From the human T2T-CHM13v2.0 reference genome, Homo sapiens, in NCBI RefSeq assembly GCF_009914755.1, contig NC_060941.1: a stretch of DNA of 64,000 nt, one strand, 5' to 3'. The translations under genes were made by a program, and so were the position numbers. This document shows, one piece after another, positions 15,700 to 34,440 of the stretch (within the stretch, counting starts at the first letter, position 1; every line of letters begins with the position of its first letter). The notes below the pieces were generated by a model. That model worked only from the letters and a program-made list of their open reading frames with translations, made no database searches and had not been told where the DNA came from.

Positions 15700-16960
15700 C
15701 TGGGTGGGGCGTGGGAAAGACAAAAGGAGTCGGTCCCAGCTGGGGAGGATCCCGCCCTGTCCCTTCACCAGGCCCATTTGGGAGCGGTCATCAGAGCCAG
15801 GAAGGTGGTGAGAGGGCTGGGGCAGGGCACTGTTGGCCCCAACCCCCACTGCGTGCCACCCTGCCATGCAAAGCAGAATTTTCAGAAGAATCCAATTGCA
15901 GACTTAACGGGGGAGGTTTTAGTAGCTCCCCCTCCCCCTGTGTATTCACAATTGACTGTATTTGCATAGGAAATCTGGAAAGAGACAAAAGGCACCATAG
16001 CAGATGTTAAAGTGGACCATTGGGGGAGTTGGCCGGGGGCGTGGGGGGAAAGGGGGTCGGATGTGGGGGTGGGAATCCCCTGGTACCAAGCAGATGAGGG
16101 ACAAGAAGATTTTTTCTGTCTCGTTTTGCTTTTTCTTTCTCTCCTTCCTTTCTCTCTTTTCCATAAAAATAAATTACATATTTTTAAAAAAAAATTCTTC
16201 TGAAAGAAAGAAAAGGGGCCAAAGGTAGCAGTGGCCCCCCACCAGCAGCTGCAGTGGCCTGCGACGTCCCTGCCCCAGCCTTCACAAAGACCAGAGTGAG
16301 CTACCCTCGGCCACACTCCCTTTCCTCATCTCTCCCCCTGAGAAAGATGGGCCAACTTTTAGCCTGCCTAGATTTTCAACTCATTCTCTCCTTGGGAGGG
16401 TTTTCAAGGAGGCTGGGGCGGGGAGTGTGTGTTCATTGCATGTATGTGGCATGGGGCACCCACCCTCCACCCAGCCTTGCTGAATGATTCTTCGAAGGCT
16501 GAATTAGATTTACATCCGTGGAGCAGATTGGTGTGCTGTTTCTCAGCGTGTAGCTCATCATTATAAAACATGCCGTGTCCCATGGGGCAGACAGCAACAG
16601 ACATGGGAATAGCATTTGGCTCATTAATTCATTCATTCATCAGGTTTTCATCCATATTTATCAAAGGCTGCTCCGTGCCATCATTCTAATTAACATCAAT
16701 TCCCACACTGATCTCTCTCCTAGTATCCAAGTCTGTCTGGCACACAATTCTGTCACCTCCTCCAATCTGAGGCTTCCATCTCCACAACTCACTGCAGCCC
16801 GGTGTCCTGGGTCTCTGAGGGGAATCTCTTACTGTGTGTGCCAGTTCCTCAGCTACTTGACGGTGTCTGTAGATAGTGACCTGCTCTGAGGTCTGCAAGG
16901 GCAAAGTCACCCCCATCCCTGCATCTGTGTTCATGTCCCTGTGATGGGGATGATGGTTCA

Positions 16961-17443
<483 letters not shown>

Positions 17444-18265
17444 TCATAACCCCCGTGCACTCCAGTTCGTAAACTTGTCTGATTCTAGAAATCATCTGAA
17501 TGCATTTGTTAAAATGACAGATTCCCAGTCCCCAACTGGAGAGACGCCTTATTCAGCTGGTCCGAGGCAGGCCCCAGAATCTGCATTCTCAGCCAGTACC
17601 CAAGGTGTTTGTTACATCAGTCAAACTTGGGCCCCACTACTGTAGGGGAGGCTGAGATGGGTTAATGCTGCCTCCACCACTGCCTGGGGGAGTCGGGAGA
17701 AGGAGCTGGGTGATTGAGTGACCAGGAGGCCTTTCAAGTCATCACCTTCTCACCTTTTCAGTGGTGGAGGTGGGAGCTTGTGTAGGGACTGTGGTGCAGG
17801 GTTGGGGTAGGAGAGAGAAGAGTCAAGAGATCTAAGGCTGTGGTCCCCCAGCTTCCCCCATGACTGAGGACCCATTTGAGGACAGGCTGGACGTTTTTCT
17901 GTATTTTTCAAGGGTTCTGTTCACTCTCCTTCCCGAATTCCTCAAGGGGGAGGGTGAGCAAGTGGGCTGAGAAGGAGGCACGGGGCTGGTGTCCAGGATC
18001 CCCGGGCCACTGTCTCCGGCCGTTTCCCTGCGTCTGATAGAAGGGGCCCCTTCCTACCCAGGCCCCTGGGATTTCTGCCTCTCACCTTTTAAGGCAATCC
18101 TTTGTTTTCCCGTCTTTGTTTACATGTTTCCCATGAAACCATGAGCTCCTGAAAAGGACATATTGCGGTATTTTTATCTTCATGTCCCTATCTTTGGACC
18201 CAGTGCCTGGCTCAATGGGGGCAGCCATTAATATTTGTTGAACAAATTGGCAGTGCCTGGGCACT

Positions 18266-18282
18266 GAGCGCCACCTGGCGGC
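18266..18282 (-). promoter_or_regulatory. CTCF-binding motif
   Basis: Minus strand reads GCCGCCAGGTGGCGCTC, matching the CTCF core CCRSYAGRKGGCRS, within a small CpG-retaining patch. Confidence 0.75.
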
Positions 18283-19191
18283 GTTAGCGGGCATGGTGGT
18301 GCTTAGATATCAGTTGGAGCGGCGGACCTAGGGGGACGCGTCCTGGTCCCCTGGTTTGGGGCGGCCCGTCCAAGTGTGAGGTCATGTAGGGGTGGGGTAG
18401 GGGTCCCTGAACAAGGTCTGGTGGGGAGGCGAGGGGTGGGCCTTTGAAAGCTGTGACTCTCTCAGGATAACAAGGGGCAGGTGGGAAAGGAAGCCATGGA
18501 CGCTCGGGATGGAGAAAGAAGAGGTCTATTCAACCATCTATTCATTCATTCATTTATTCACTTTCAGAACCAACTTTATGGGCAGGATTCAGCAGGAGGC
18601 TGGGACTTGTCATGCTGAGTCCTCCCTGAAGGGACTCCCTCCTTGTCTGCAGAGAGCTTAGGTAGTCCGGGGTTGGAGAATATCTATCTCCCTGAAGTGG
18701 AATGGCCAGCCGACTTCTGCACTTCCTCCACCCCGTCCTATGCACGGTCTGGTGTCTGAAACCTCTTTTCTCCCACTGCAGTGCCCTCCCACCCTCCCTC
18801 TTCCTCAGGGCGTGGAATCTCTGCCAGGGCTCCACTCATGGACTCAGGCATGGATGTTTTTATTATTCTTCTTTAGAGACAGGGTCTCCATGTGTTGCCC
18901 GGCCAGTCTAGGACTCCTGGGCTCAAACCATCATCCTGCTTCTGCCTCCTGACTGGCTGGGATTGCAGGTGTGGGCCACCATGCCTGCCCCCAAAGGCCC
19001 CCGAAGAATTTTCATGTGCACCCAGGCTTGAGACTTCTGCCAGAATCTGTGTAAGCAAATGTGGTCAGCGGGATCGGGAAACTGCATCGGAGTTATGTCT
19101 CTTTCTGCTTCACCCCACAGAGCTCTCTCCAGGTCGCTGCTGTTTTTGCTACACCCTGAGTCCCCACCCCAACATATACACTCTGACCTCC

Positions 19192-19702
19192 TGCGATGGT
19201 TGATATTGAGTGTCAACTGGATTGGATGGAAGGATGCAAAGTATTGTTCCTGGGTGTGTCTATGAGGGTGTTGCCAAAGGAGATTAACATTTGGGTCAGT
19301 GGACTGGGAAAGGCAGACCCAGCCTCAATCTGGGAGGGCACCATAAAAGCAGGTATGTAAAGAGCAGACTGGCTGAGTCTTCCAGCCTCCATCTTTCTGC
19401 TGTGCTGGATGTTTCCTGCCCTCAAACATTGAACTCCAAGTTCTTCAGCTTTTGGTTCTTGGACCTGCACCAGTAGTTTGCCAGGGGCTGTTGGGCCTTT
19501 GGCCACAGACTGAAGGCTGCACTGTCAGCTTCCCTGCTTTTGAGGTTTTGGAACTTGGACTGGCTTCCTGGCGCCTGTGCTTGCAGATGGCCTGTTGTGG
19601 GACCTCACCTTGTGATCGCGTGAGTCAATACTCCTTAATAAACTCTCCTTTATATCTACATCTATGTTAGTTCTGTCCCTCTAGATAACCCTGACTAATA
19701 CA
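19192..19702 (+). mobile_element. MLT2A (HERV-L) solo LTR
   Basis: Starts tgcgatggttgatattgagtgtcaac, ends ccctgactaataca, with an internal AATAAA. Near-TSD CCTCC/CCCCC. Confidence 0.85.
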
Positions 19703-19762
19703 CCCCCAAAACTACCCATGATAAAAGTTGACTCTCCTATTCTCTAGAAGCTAGAGATCTGA

Positions 19763-19951
<189 letters not shown>

Positions 19952-21406
19952 TAAATAAAGACAGGGTTTCACCATGTTGTCCAGGCTGGTTTCAAACTCC
20001 TGACCTCAAGTGATCCACCCGCCTCAGCCTCCCAAAGTACTAGGATTACAGGTGTGAGCCACCGCGCCCGGCCACTCAGCAGTATTTAAGGTTGCAACCT
20101 TGGGTTCCTGCACCCATGGCCAAAACACATGTTCACAAAGGGGTCACTGCCAGCTGGTAGCCCTGGGGCAGTGTCCCTTGAACCCAGAGCCTTAAGGTAA
20201 AGCATGTAACCTTACTCAGGGCAGGGGAGGGAGGCTTGAAACCCAGGTTCCTGTCTTTGTCCTCTCAGTCCTAGAGGCAAGGCAGGCGTTCCCCAACTCC
20301 CCACCTGCACCCTAGCCCCTCCCCTCTCCTGGAACAGTCCAGCGGAGGCAGGCAGTGGAGTCACGGTGCTGCAGCCTGCTTACGCTAATGCCGCAGCTGG
20401 ACAGTCCCAGGTCAGCCTCAGGGCTACAGGCCTTCTTGGGCATTGAGAGCCCCCTGGGTCTCCTCGACTGCCAACCAGGAGCCCAAGAGACCACAGAGGC
20501 CAAGCCGTGGCACCCTTGGTCCCTCCTGGGTGGCCTGGTCTGAAGGCTGGGCTCTGTGCCATTTCCTCCTCTGTGACATCTTTTTAAACATTTTTATAAT
20601 TTTTTTAGAGACAGGGTTTCTCTCTGTCTCCCAGGCTGGAGTGCAGGGGCACAATCATAGCTGTCTGCAGCCTCCACCTCCCGGGCTCAAGCGATCTCTT
20701 GCCTCCGTCTCCCAGAGTGTTGGCATTACAGGCTTGAGCCACTGCGCCCAGCCCTCCCCTGTGACTTCTCCCTCTCTCTCTCCTTTCATCCACTCTTCCT
20801 CTCCCTTGGAGGGCTTCACCCTCTGGAGCCTTCAGATAATCTTCCAAAGGGGCTGGAGGCTTCCCCTGTTCCTGGTCTACTGGCTGGGGGATCTGGAAGG
20901 ATCCGCATACAGATGCCTCTCCACTTCTAGACATGCAGAGATAGGAACAGATTTGCCTGTCCAAGAAAGCAGGCAGTTCTAGCAGCCAACATCAGATGGC
21001 AACAGGGGCTGCTTGTGATTAGCCAGTTTAGACTTTGCCTGGGTTCCAAGGAGAGCAGCTTCTTTAGGGGGCTGCCGACTGCACCCCTTGCTGGCTGCTG
21101 GGTCCCACTGCCTGATTTGCATCCCCTGGCTCCAGCCACTTTGGGAGTTAGGAGCAGGACTGTGGGACCCCCCTCAAGCACCTCCCCACAACCCGCCTGC
21201 TCCAGGGCTAAGTTTCACCATCTGGCTCACCCCAGCTCCATTCTGTCCAGCTTCTGCTCACTCCCCTCCCTGCCACCCTAAGTTTTTAGGGCCACAATGT
21301 GTCCACTTGGGGCCAACCAGTTATGGGACAGACAACCAGGGATGGGTAGGGGGTGGGGACAGAGCCAAGGTGGAGTGAGGTTTCTTTTTTTTTTTTTTTT
21401 TTTTGA

Positions 21407-21511
<105 letters not shown>

Positions 21512-22858
21512 TGAGTAGCTGGGACTACAGGCGTGCACCACCACGCCAGGCTAATTTTTTGTATTTTTAGTAGAGACGGGTTTTCCCTATGTTGGCCAGG
21601 CTGCTCTCGAACTCCTGACCTCAGGTGATCTGCCCACCTCGGCCTCCCAAAGTGCTGAGATTACAGGCGTGGGCCTCCGGCCTGGCCCTGGAGCCAGGGT
21701 TCTGAAGCCAGGTGAGCCATCAGGAGTTGGAGCAGAGAGAAGGTGCTGGGGTTTGGGGTGCCCTGGAGCCAGATAGGAATATATTGGGCACACCTGGGTC
21801 CAGGCTAGGCCGGTACTGGCCAGTAGACCTTGCCTTCAGCTGTGTTGACATGCAGCACCTACACACAGCACTCAATTCCTCAACCCCAGAGAGGTAGGAA
21901 GCCCCATTCCTTCTGTTGGGAGTTTCTACTTTGGTACTTGGTTAGTTGACAAGCTTCCCTGTTTCCTCTCACTTTGCAAGAAGGAGGGAGTTAGCTCTTT
22001 GAAAAACTAACAACTAATTAGTGCCAGGAAGGGTCTAAGGGGGTCTGGCAGCGGAGGTGACAGAAAAAAAAAAAACAAGGGGAAAGGCTAGCAGAGGTCC
22101 CCCCCTAGGGAGTTACTGCACAGTGGGCTGGAGTTTGGGGTTCAATATGGTGGACAAATGTGGGTTCTTACAGGCAAGTGACCTCATCTCTCTGAGCTGT
22201 GAGGCATATAGATTCACGTGTGTACATGGTGGGAGTTCAACAAACACCTTCAAACAGCCCTGAAGGTTGCACAGGTGCATTCACATCTCTGATCTCATTT
22301 TAGGCCTCCCAGCAGCCTGAGGAGTACAGGGCAGGCTGGAGCGCTGTGTTCCCATTTCACGGCCAGGAAACTGGCTCCAAGCAAGGACGCACCTGCAGCT
22401 CAGGGCTCTGACCTTCCCCGCCGTGCGGCACCATTGTCATGGTCGTGGGGCTTCCCTGAGGCAGGCACCCTTTACCCGCCTCCCACCCCATCCTGATCCA
22501 TGATGCTATCCCTGATAATTACCTGGGATTCATCAGAGACACCAAAGGGCAGTGCCAGACAGAGGCCGCCCTCTTCCCACCACCACCTCTATACATCCCT
22601 GGAGATGGGCGTGGGGTGAGGTTGAGAAGTGGCTTGATGCTGTACTGATTTTTTTATTTTTCCTTTCTTTTCTTTCTTTTTTTTTTTTTTTGAGATGGAG
22701 TCTCGCTGTTGTTGCCCAGGCTGCAGTGCTGTCGTGTGATCTCGGCTCACCGCAACCTCCACCTCCCGGTTCAAGCGATTCTCCTGCCTCAGCCTCCCGA
22801 GTAGCTGGGATTACAGGCAGCTGCCACCGTGCCCAGCTAATTTTTGTATTTTTAGTAG

Positions 22859-23029
<171 letters not shown>

Positions 23030-24781
23030 TGAGTTGTAACTTTGTTGAAATGCACAAATCTTAAGCGCTTCTGGTGCCTTGCTGAGCTCCACAGGCCCCC
23101 GGCTATTGAGCCAGGTCCCGTGCCAGGCTCCTCTCTCCAAAGCAGAGAAGTTATTTCCAGGCCAGGCCCCTGTGATTGGGTTTGGGGCCTGCATGGAGCA
23201 GTGGCACCGTGGACAGGAAACCCTGGGGGACGCTGAGGCTCCCAGGCCTCTGACTGTGACCACCACACATCTGCCTACAGCTTCCTCTTTCTCTTCCTCT
23301 TGACCACGGTACACCCAGGACCAAGCAGGAGAGCAGGTAACCAGTCATCGTGACCAGCTGGTGTGGACTGTGTATGGCCCGGGGACCGTGGGACATGCTG
23401 GGGCATGGGGTGCTGAAGCTGCCTCAGCCTCTGGGGGGTGCAGGAGGAGTGGGGAAGCTTCCCCAGAGATGGGCAGGAGGCCAGGGCATGGTCAGTCCCC
23501 AGGTAGCGTCAGGCTCTTGCAGCTGGTCTCACCCAGGCTCCTGGGGAAAGGAAGCGAGATCTTCCTAGTCCCAAACCTCTGTCCTTTCCTAATGCCCCTC
23601 CCCCTGCAAATCTCATTCAGACCCTGAGTACACAACTCAAAGTACACACAGCAAGAGTACCAAGAGGCAGTAGGTTCCCCCCAGAGGTCAGCCTGCCCCC
23701 ACTCTCCATCCTGTGCTCAGCAGCTGACAAGCTGTTCATCCCAATGAGGGGGCCACAGTCACGCCGCCCTGATCCCGCCTCTCAGCTCTGCGTGCCCAGC
23801 CTCTGGGCTGCCCTTGAGTGGCACCCATGGGGCCAAGGCCCTCCTTGCTTCAAGCTCAGGGGGAGGAAGGAACAGAGTGGATGGGGAACAGCCCAGGCTG
23901 CCCTGGCGGGAGGGTGGCTCTAGAGATTGGGCTGCTTTCAAAAGGGAAGTTCTGCTGAGAAACTACAGCCCATCCACTCCCCACATCTTTTCTGAGGACT
24001 GGGTGGTTCACAGGACTCAATGCTGCTGCTGCAGGTCTTCCCAGAAAGCACCCCTCATTGGCCTCTGAGCACGTGTGTCCACACCAGGAAGAGACTCCAG
24101 AGCTGATCAGAAGTTTTGTGGCTGCTGTGGGACCACTTCTCACCCTCACCCCTGGGAAATGGGCCTCAGCCCTGTGGCCTCATCTCCTCCTCCCCCTGAG
24201 TCATGTCACCTGATGGTTATCGGGACACAGCCGGAATGTGCAACTTCCGGCAAAAAACTCTCATGTTTTGTGGTTATTTTGCACCATTTTGTTTCTTCCT
24301 TTGGGTTTGTGGACAGGATGGGGTGAGCAGGATGGGCGTGGCAGGGTCTAAGTCCCCTGATCCCTTCTCCTTTGCAGTAAGTCAGGTGTTTCTCTATGTG
24401 CCTAAGGAGAATTGCATCCCATAGATTAAAGTGTAAAGCGCACTTCCTGTGGAATCCAATTTTCCTATTACCTTTCATCAAAAGTAGAGATATATTCCCT
24501 CAGAAAAAACTGACCTGAGGATGTTAAGGAACACTGACATTTCAGTATTTGTATAATCATAATAATATTTATTCCCACAGAGGAGCTGTCATTATTGACG
24601 TTTTACAGAAGCCACAGGCTTTGCTCAAGTTCATTCGGTGGTAAGTGGACAAGCCACGCCAGAACTTAGCCTTCTGCTTCTCTGTCTGGCCTGGACGTTC
24701 AAGATTGCAGCAGCGCCTTTTTGGTCATGGTTGAATCAAAAAATAATTTTTGAGAAACTTTGCAATGATCAGGCCACATAA

Positions 24782-25118
<337 letters not shown>

Positions 25119-25502
25119 TGAGCCACCGCGCCCGGCCCGAAGTGTCTTGGATCTTAATGAGGTTTAGTTAATCTATGACTGCATCATCATGAAAATTTCC
25201 ACAATGTCCACCAGGCTTTGTCATTGAATCTTCCAGCAGCAGAGCCCATACGTCTCCTTGGCTTCCTGACACCTTCGTGGGCAAGGCGCCCCTGTGTTCA
25301 GAAGGAAGAGGAAAGTGACAAATTCCAAAAAGGGCCAGAGGGAAGGATATTCTTGGGATCCCATAGCTGGCACAGGGCTCCATGTGGGTGGACACTCTGA
25401 GCTTGGGGACTGCAAGCTCCCAGGTGACGCATTACACATTAGGAGTGGCATTTCCTGTGCCCACCTGGTCATTCTGTGCAAGCTGGGGCACCTACTCAAG
25501 GC

Positions 25503-26510
25503 ACGTGTGTGAGACTGTGTGTGTGTGAGTGTATGTCACTGTGTGTGAATGTGTCAGTGTGTGTTTGTGTGTGTGAATGTGTGAGTGTATTTCAGTTGTA
25601 TATGTAAGTGCGTTGTGTGAATTTGAGTGTTTCAATGTGTGAATGTGTATGTGTGTTTGTATCAGTGTGTGTGAATTTGTGTTTGTGTGTGAATGTGAGT
25701 TTGTGAATGTGTGTGGGTGAGAGTGCCTGTGTGTTTGTGTGTGTGTATATGTGTGTGTGCATGAACGTGTGTTTGTGAATGTGTGCGTATGTGTGTGTTT
25801 GTGAATGTGTGTGGGTGTGTGTGAATGTGTTTGTGTGAGTGTATGTGTGTGGGTGTGTGTGAATGTGTGTGTATGTGAGTGTGTTTGGGTGAGTGTGTGA
25901 GTGTGTATGTGAGAGTGTGTGTTTGTGTGTGGATGTGTGAATGTTTGTGTGTGTTTGTGTGAGTGTATGTGCATGAACGTGTTTGTGAATGTGTGTATGT
26001 GTTTGTGTGTACGTGTGTGTATGTGTTTGTGAAAGTGTTTGTGAATGTGTGTGTGAGTGTGTATATGTGAGTGTATGTGCATGAACGTGTTTGTGAATGT
26101 GTTTGTGTGTATGTGTGAGTGTGAATGTGTGGGTGTGTGTGAATATGTGTGCATGTGAGTGTGTATGTGAGTGTGTGTTTGTGAATGTGTGTGGGTGTGT
26201 GAATGTGTGTGTGTATGCGAGTGTGTTTGTGAATGTGTGGGTGTGTTTGTGTGTTTGTGAATGTGTGTGGGTGAGTGTGTTTGTGTGTGTTTGTGAATGT
26301 GTGTGGGTGAGTGTGTTTGTGTGAGTGTGTATGTGTGTTTGTGAATGTGTGTGGGTGAGTGTGTTTGTGTGAGTGTGTATGTGAGTGTGTGTTTGTGAAT
26401 GTGTGTGGGTGAGTGTGAGTGTGTGTGTATGTGAGTGTGTGTTTGTGAATGTGTGTGGGTGAGTGTGTGTGGGTGTGAGTGTGTATGTGAGTGTGAGCGT
26501 GTGTGTGTTT
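25503..26510. repeat. About 1 kb degenerate (GT)n / GTGAATGTGT low-complexity tract
   Basis: Almost entirely G/T dinucleotide repeats interrupted by GAAT, GAGT, GTAT and TTT variants. Confidence 0.95.
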
Positions 26511-26849
26511 AGAGTCTGCACTCTGTGTGGATCAGGAAAGGGGTCCTTGCAGCCTCGCTGAGTCCCTGCTCTGTGCCCAGCCCCGAGTTGGCTCCAATGG
26601 GGCTATATAGAAAGGAAGGCATGGCCGGAGGACCTCTGTGTCAAGTTGAGGACACATTTCCAAGACTAGGAACCATTCAGGGACTCTGGAGTCACGATGA
26701 CAACTCCCCTTCCCTCAGCCCCGAAGCCCAGGCCTGGACCTCCAAGGGACTCAGGGAAGGGACTCAGGAAAGGGGAGTTCCCCCTGGCAGCCTCCTCGTG
26801 GGCACCACCGAGGGTGAGAGGAGCCAGCTCAGCGGGTCCCACCCCCAGG

Positions 26850-27300
26850 GTTGCCCATCTTGACCACAAGGAAAGGAGGGAGGAGTTATTGGGCCTTCCA
26901 CTAGGAGGAGACCCGGGGAAGTGAGAGTCGGGGATCAGTCCTGCAAGCTACGGAGTCACTACAGGGAGAGGTCTCATCACTAGAAATAGCCGAAGAACCT
27001 GCAGCCTCAACCAGCGTTAAGGAGGACGTGCCGTTTCTAGGGAGTCTTAGTCGGGGCTCACCAGCTTCCTGCATTTTCTGACCGGCTCCAGGAATAGAAC
27101 CAAAAGAAGCTGAACAAGGAAGCAGCGCGGCACCAAGAAAAGCAGAAGTCGGGGCCTTGGAGGCGTGACTTTCCCCTCGGGTCCAGGTAGGGCCTGGAGC
27201 TGCTGCAAGTGCCGCCTGTGCTGGGGAAGGGACCATGTGGCTGCCTTGGGCTCTGTTGCTTCTCTGGGTCCCAGGTGAGAGTTTCCCTTCCCGGGAAAGT
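26850..27300 (+). promoter_or_regulatory. CD300A promoter/5' UTR region with ETS/PU.1-type sites
   Basis: GGGGAAGTGA at 26915-26924, AGGAAG near 27118, raised CpG density, and no upstream ATG between about 26930 and 27234. Confidence 0.6.
27235..27274 (+). CDS. CD300A: CD300A exon 1 coding part (signal peptide MWLPWALLLLWVP)
   Basis: GACCATGT start context, hydrophobic leader, donor CCAG|GTGAGA, phase 1 (40 nt). Confidence 0.96.
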
Positions 27301-28518
27301 CTGCGGCAGGGAGGGAGGGTGCGAGGGGCAGGGCCGCAGGGCAGGTATCACACGAGACGCCCCGAGTCTGGACTCCGTGCAGAACGCAGAATGCGGTGCG
27401 CTCTGTCTACCATATAAGATGGACAGATGAAGGTCCACACCCCTGGGAGAGGAAGGAGCCAGGGCCTCTCCCGGCTCTGCACCCACGTACCTTGGCTGAA
27501 CCACAGCGGGGCAAGTGATAAGGGGTGGGTGCAGAAAAGGGACCTTTTAGGTTTTCAGTTGAATTCTTACAGGAAGGGGGACGAGAGGCAGGATGTGTCA
27601 GGGTGGATGGAGAGTGGCAGCCACTGACTGCGAGGGGCATGTGGTGAGGGTGGGGGAGATGCCGGGCTCACTGGGTGCAGGGTATGGAGGAGGGGGGTGT
27701 GGGGAGGGTGGGGGAGATGCCGGCCTCACTAGGTGCAGGGTACGGAGGAGGGGGTGGGGCGGTGAGGGAGATAGGGTCGGGGTGGGGAGCAGATCGATAG
27801 TCTCTGGAATGCGGAGATTTAACCAGGGCAGCCCAGCGGCTGGGGCCTGAGCAGGGGGAAGTCCCGAGGCAGCCTTGGCTGGGGTTAGCCCCTGCGTGGG
27901 CCTGAGAACCAGGGGTCAGTCCTCTCCAAGAAGGGGATATGGGACAGAGGGGACAGAAAAGGTGGTGGGGAGGGCGAGGAGGGAAAAGATCGGGAAGAGA
28001 AGCGCTGAGATCTTCTTTAGGGAGAAGCGTGGAGTTGAGTCTTCCCTGTCCAAGCGCAGGGATTCCTCCCGCAGAGTCACCTGCTGTGCCTTCAGTCACG
28101 TCCACCGCTCTCCTCAGACAGCTCCTGTGCAGACTCCTCAGGCCTAGTCCTAGGGTATTGTACGTCTTTGTGGTTGCTTTCCTTACAGATCGGAGGTTTT
28201 CTGCAATTATATTTGCTAACTACTTGTCTGTGGGAAGGTTATTACTTTTGGTGTCTTGACTTGGAAACGGGTCATCCTCCCATAACAGGTGCTCCTGCGA
28301 TTCTCTTGGGTGTTCTTCTGTTTCATAGGGTCGGTGTGCATGGGAAGGTTTCAGTTCCTGTCTAATATCTGTTTCTCTTTCTCCCATTGACTCATTGGCT
28401 GGTACAGCCGGAGTGAGGCCCAGCGGACATAGTGGTAGTGGTTGTCCCTGCCTTGTTGCTGACTCAGGGAAAAAGGACCAGAGCTTCTCATTATTAGGAA
28501 GAAGGGATCCACCAATGA

Positions 28519-33446
<4,928 letters not shown>

Positions 33447-34008
33447 AGTATTCTTGTCAAAATGGCTTGACAACCCTATTACTGCCCGGGTTTGCCCCTT
33501 GGTGGGACCAGATCAGTGTGTGGGCCGGTCTTCCTCTTGCAGGGTTGCCCAGGGCTGGGGTGGCCCTCCCGGGAGTGCAGGTGCTTAGGGGTGAGTTCTC
33601 ATGCTCCTGGCAGGTTTGGAAGCAGGAGGCCCCTGGTGGGTGAGAGGGGTGGGAAGGGTAAGGGAAAGGAGGCAGGGGGCTGGAGAAAGGGGCTACTATG
33701 AGCAAAATCTTGAGGGTGGTAGAGCAGAAAAGAGAATACTCAAGCTGTGATCTGGCTGATGGGGCTGATATGAGGTGAAGGAGTCAGGGGCTGAGGGCTG
33801 GGGGTGCTGATGTGGAGTCGGGGAATCTTTGGAGGAGGTGACTCCAGGGCACCCAGCCTGAGCTCTTCCGGTCTCCATGGAAAGCCTCTGCCCCATTCCC
33901 ACCTGTGTGCGGAGGTAGCCTCTCATCCTCAGTCCCCGCTCCTGGGTGGACAAGGCCTCTCTGCCTGCCGCTGCCTCCTCCACACCCCCAGGGTCCATGC
34001 GGCCCTGA

Positions 34009-34440
<432 letters not shown>

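Noticed and set aside
25492-26521. His/Thr-rich ORFs of 220 and 309 aa
   Set aside because: Translation artefacts of the (CA/GT)n tract, which lacks stop codons.
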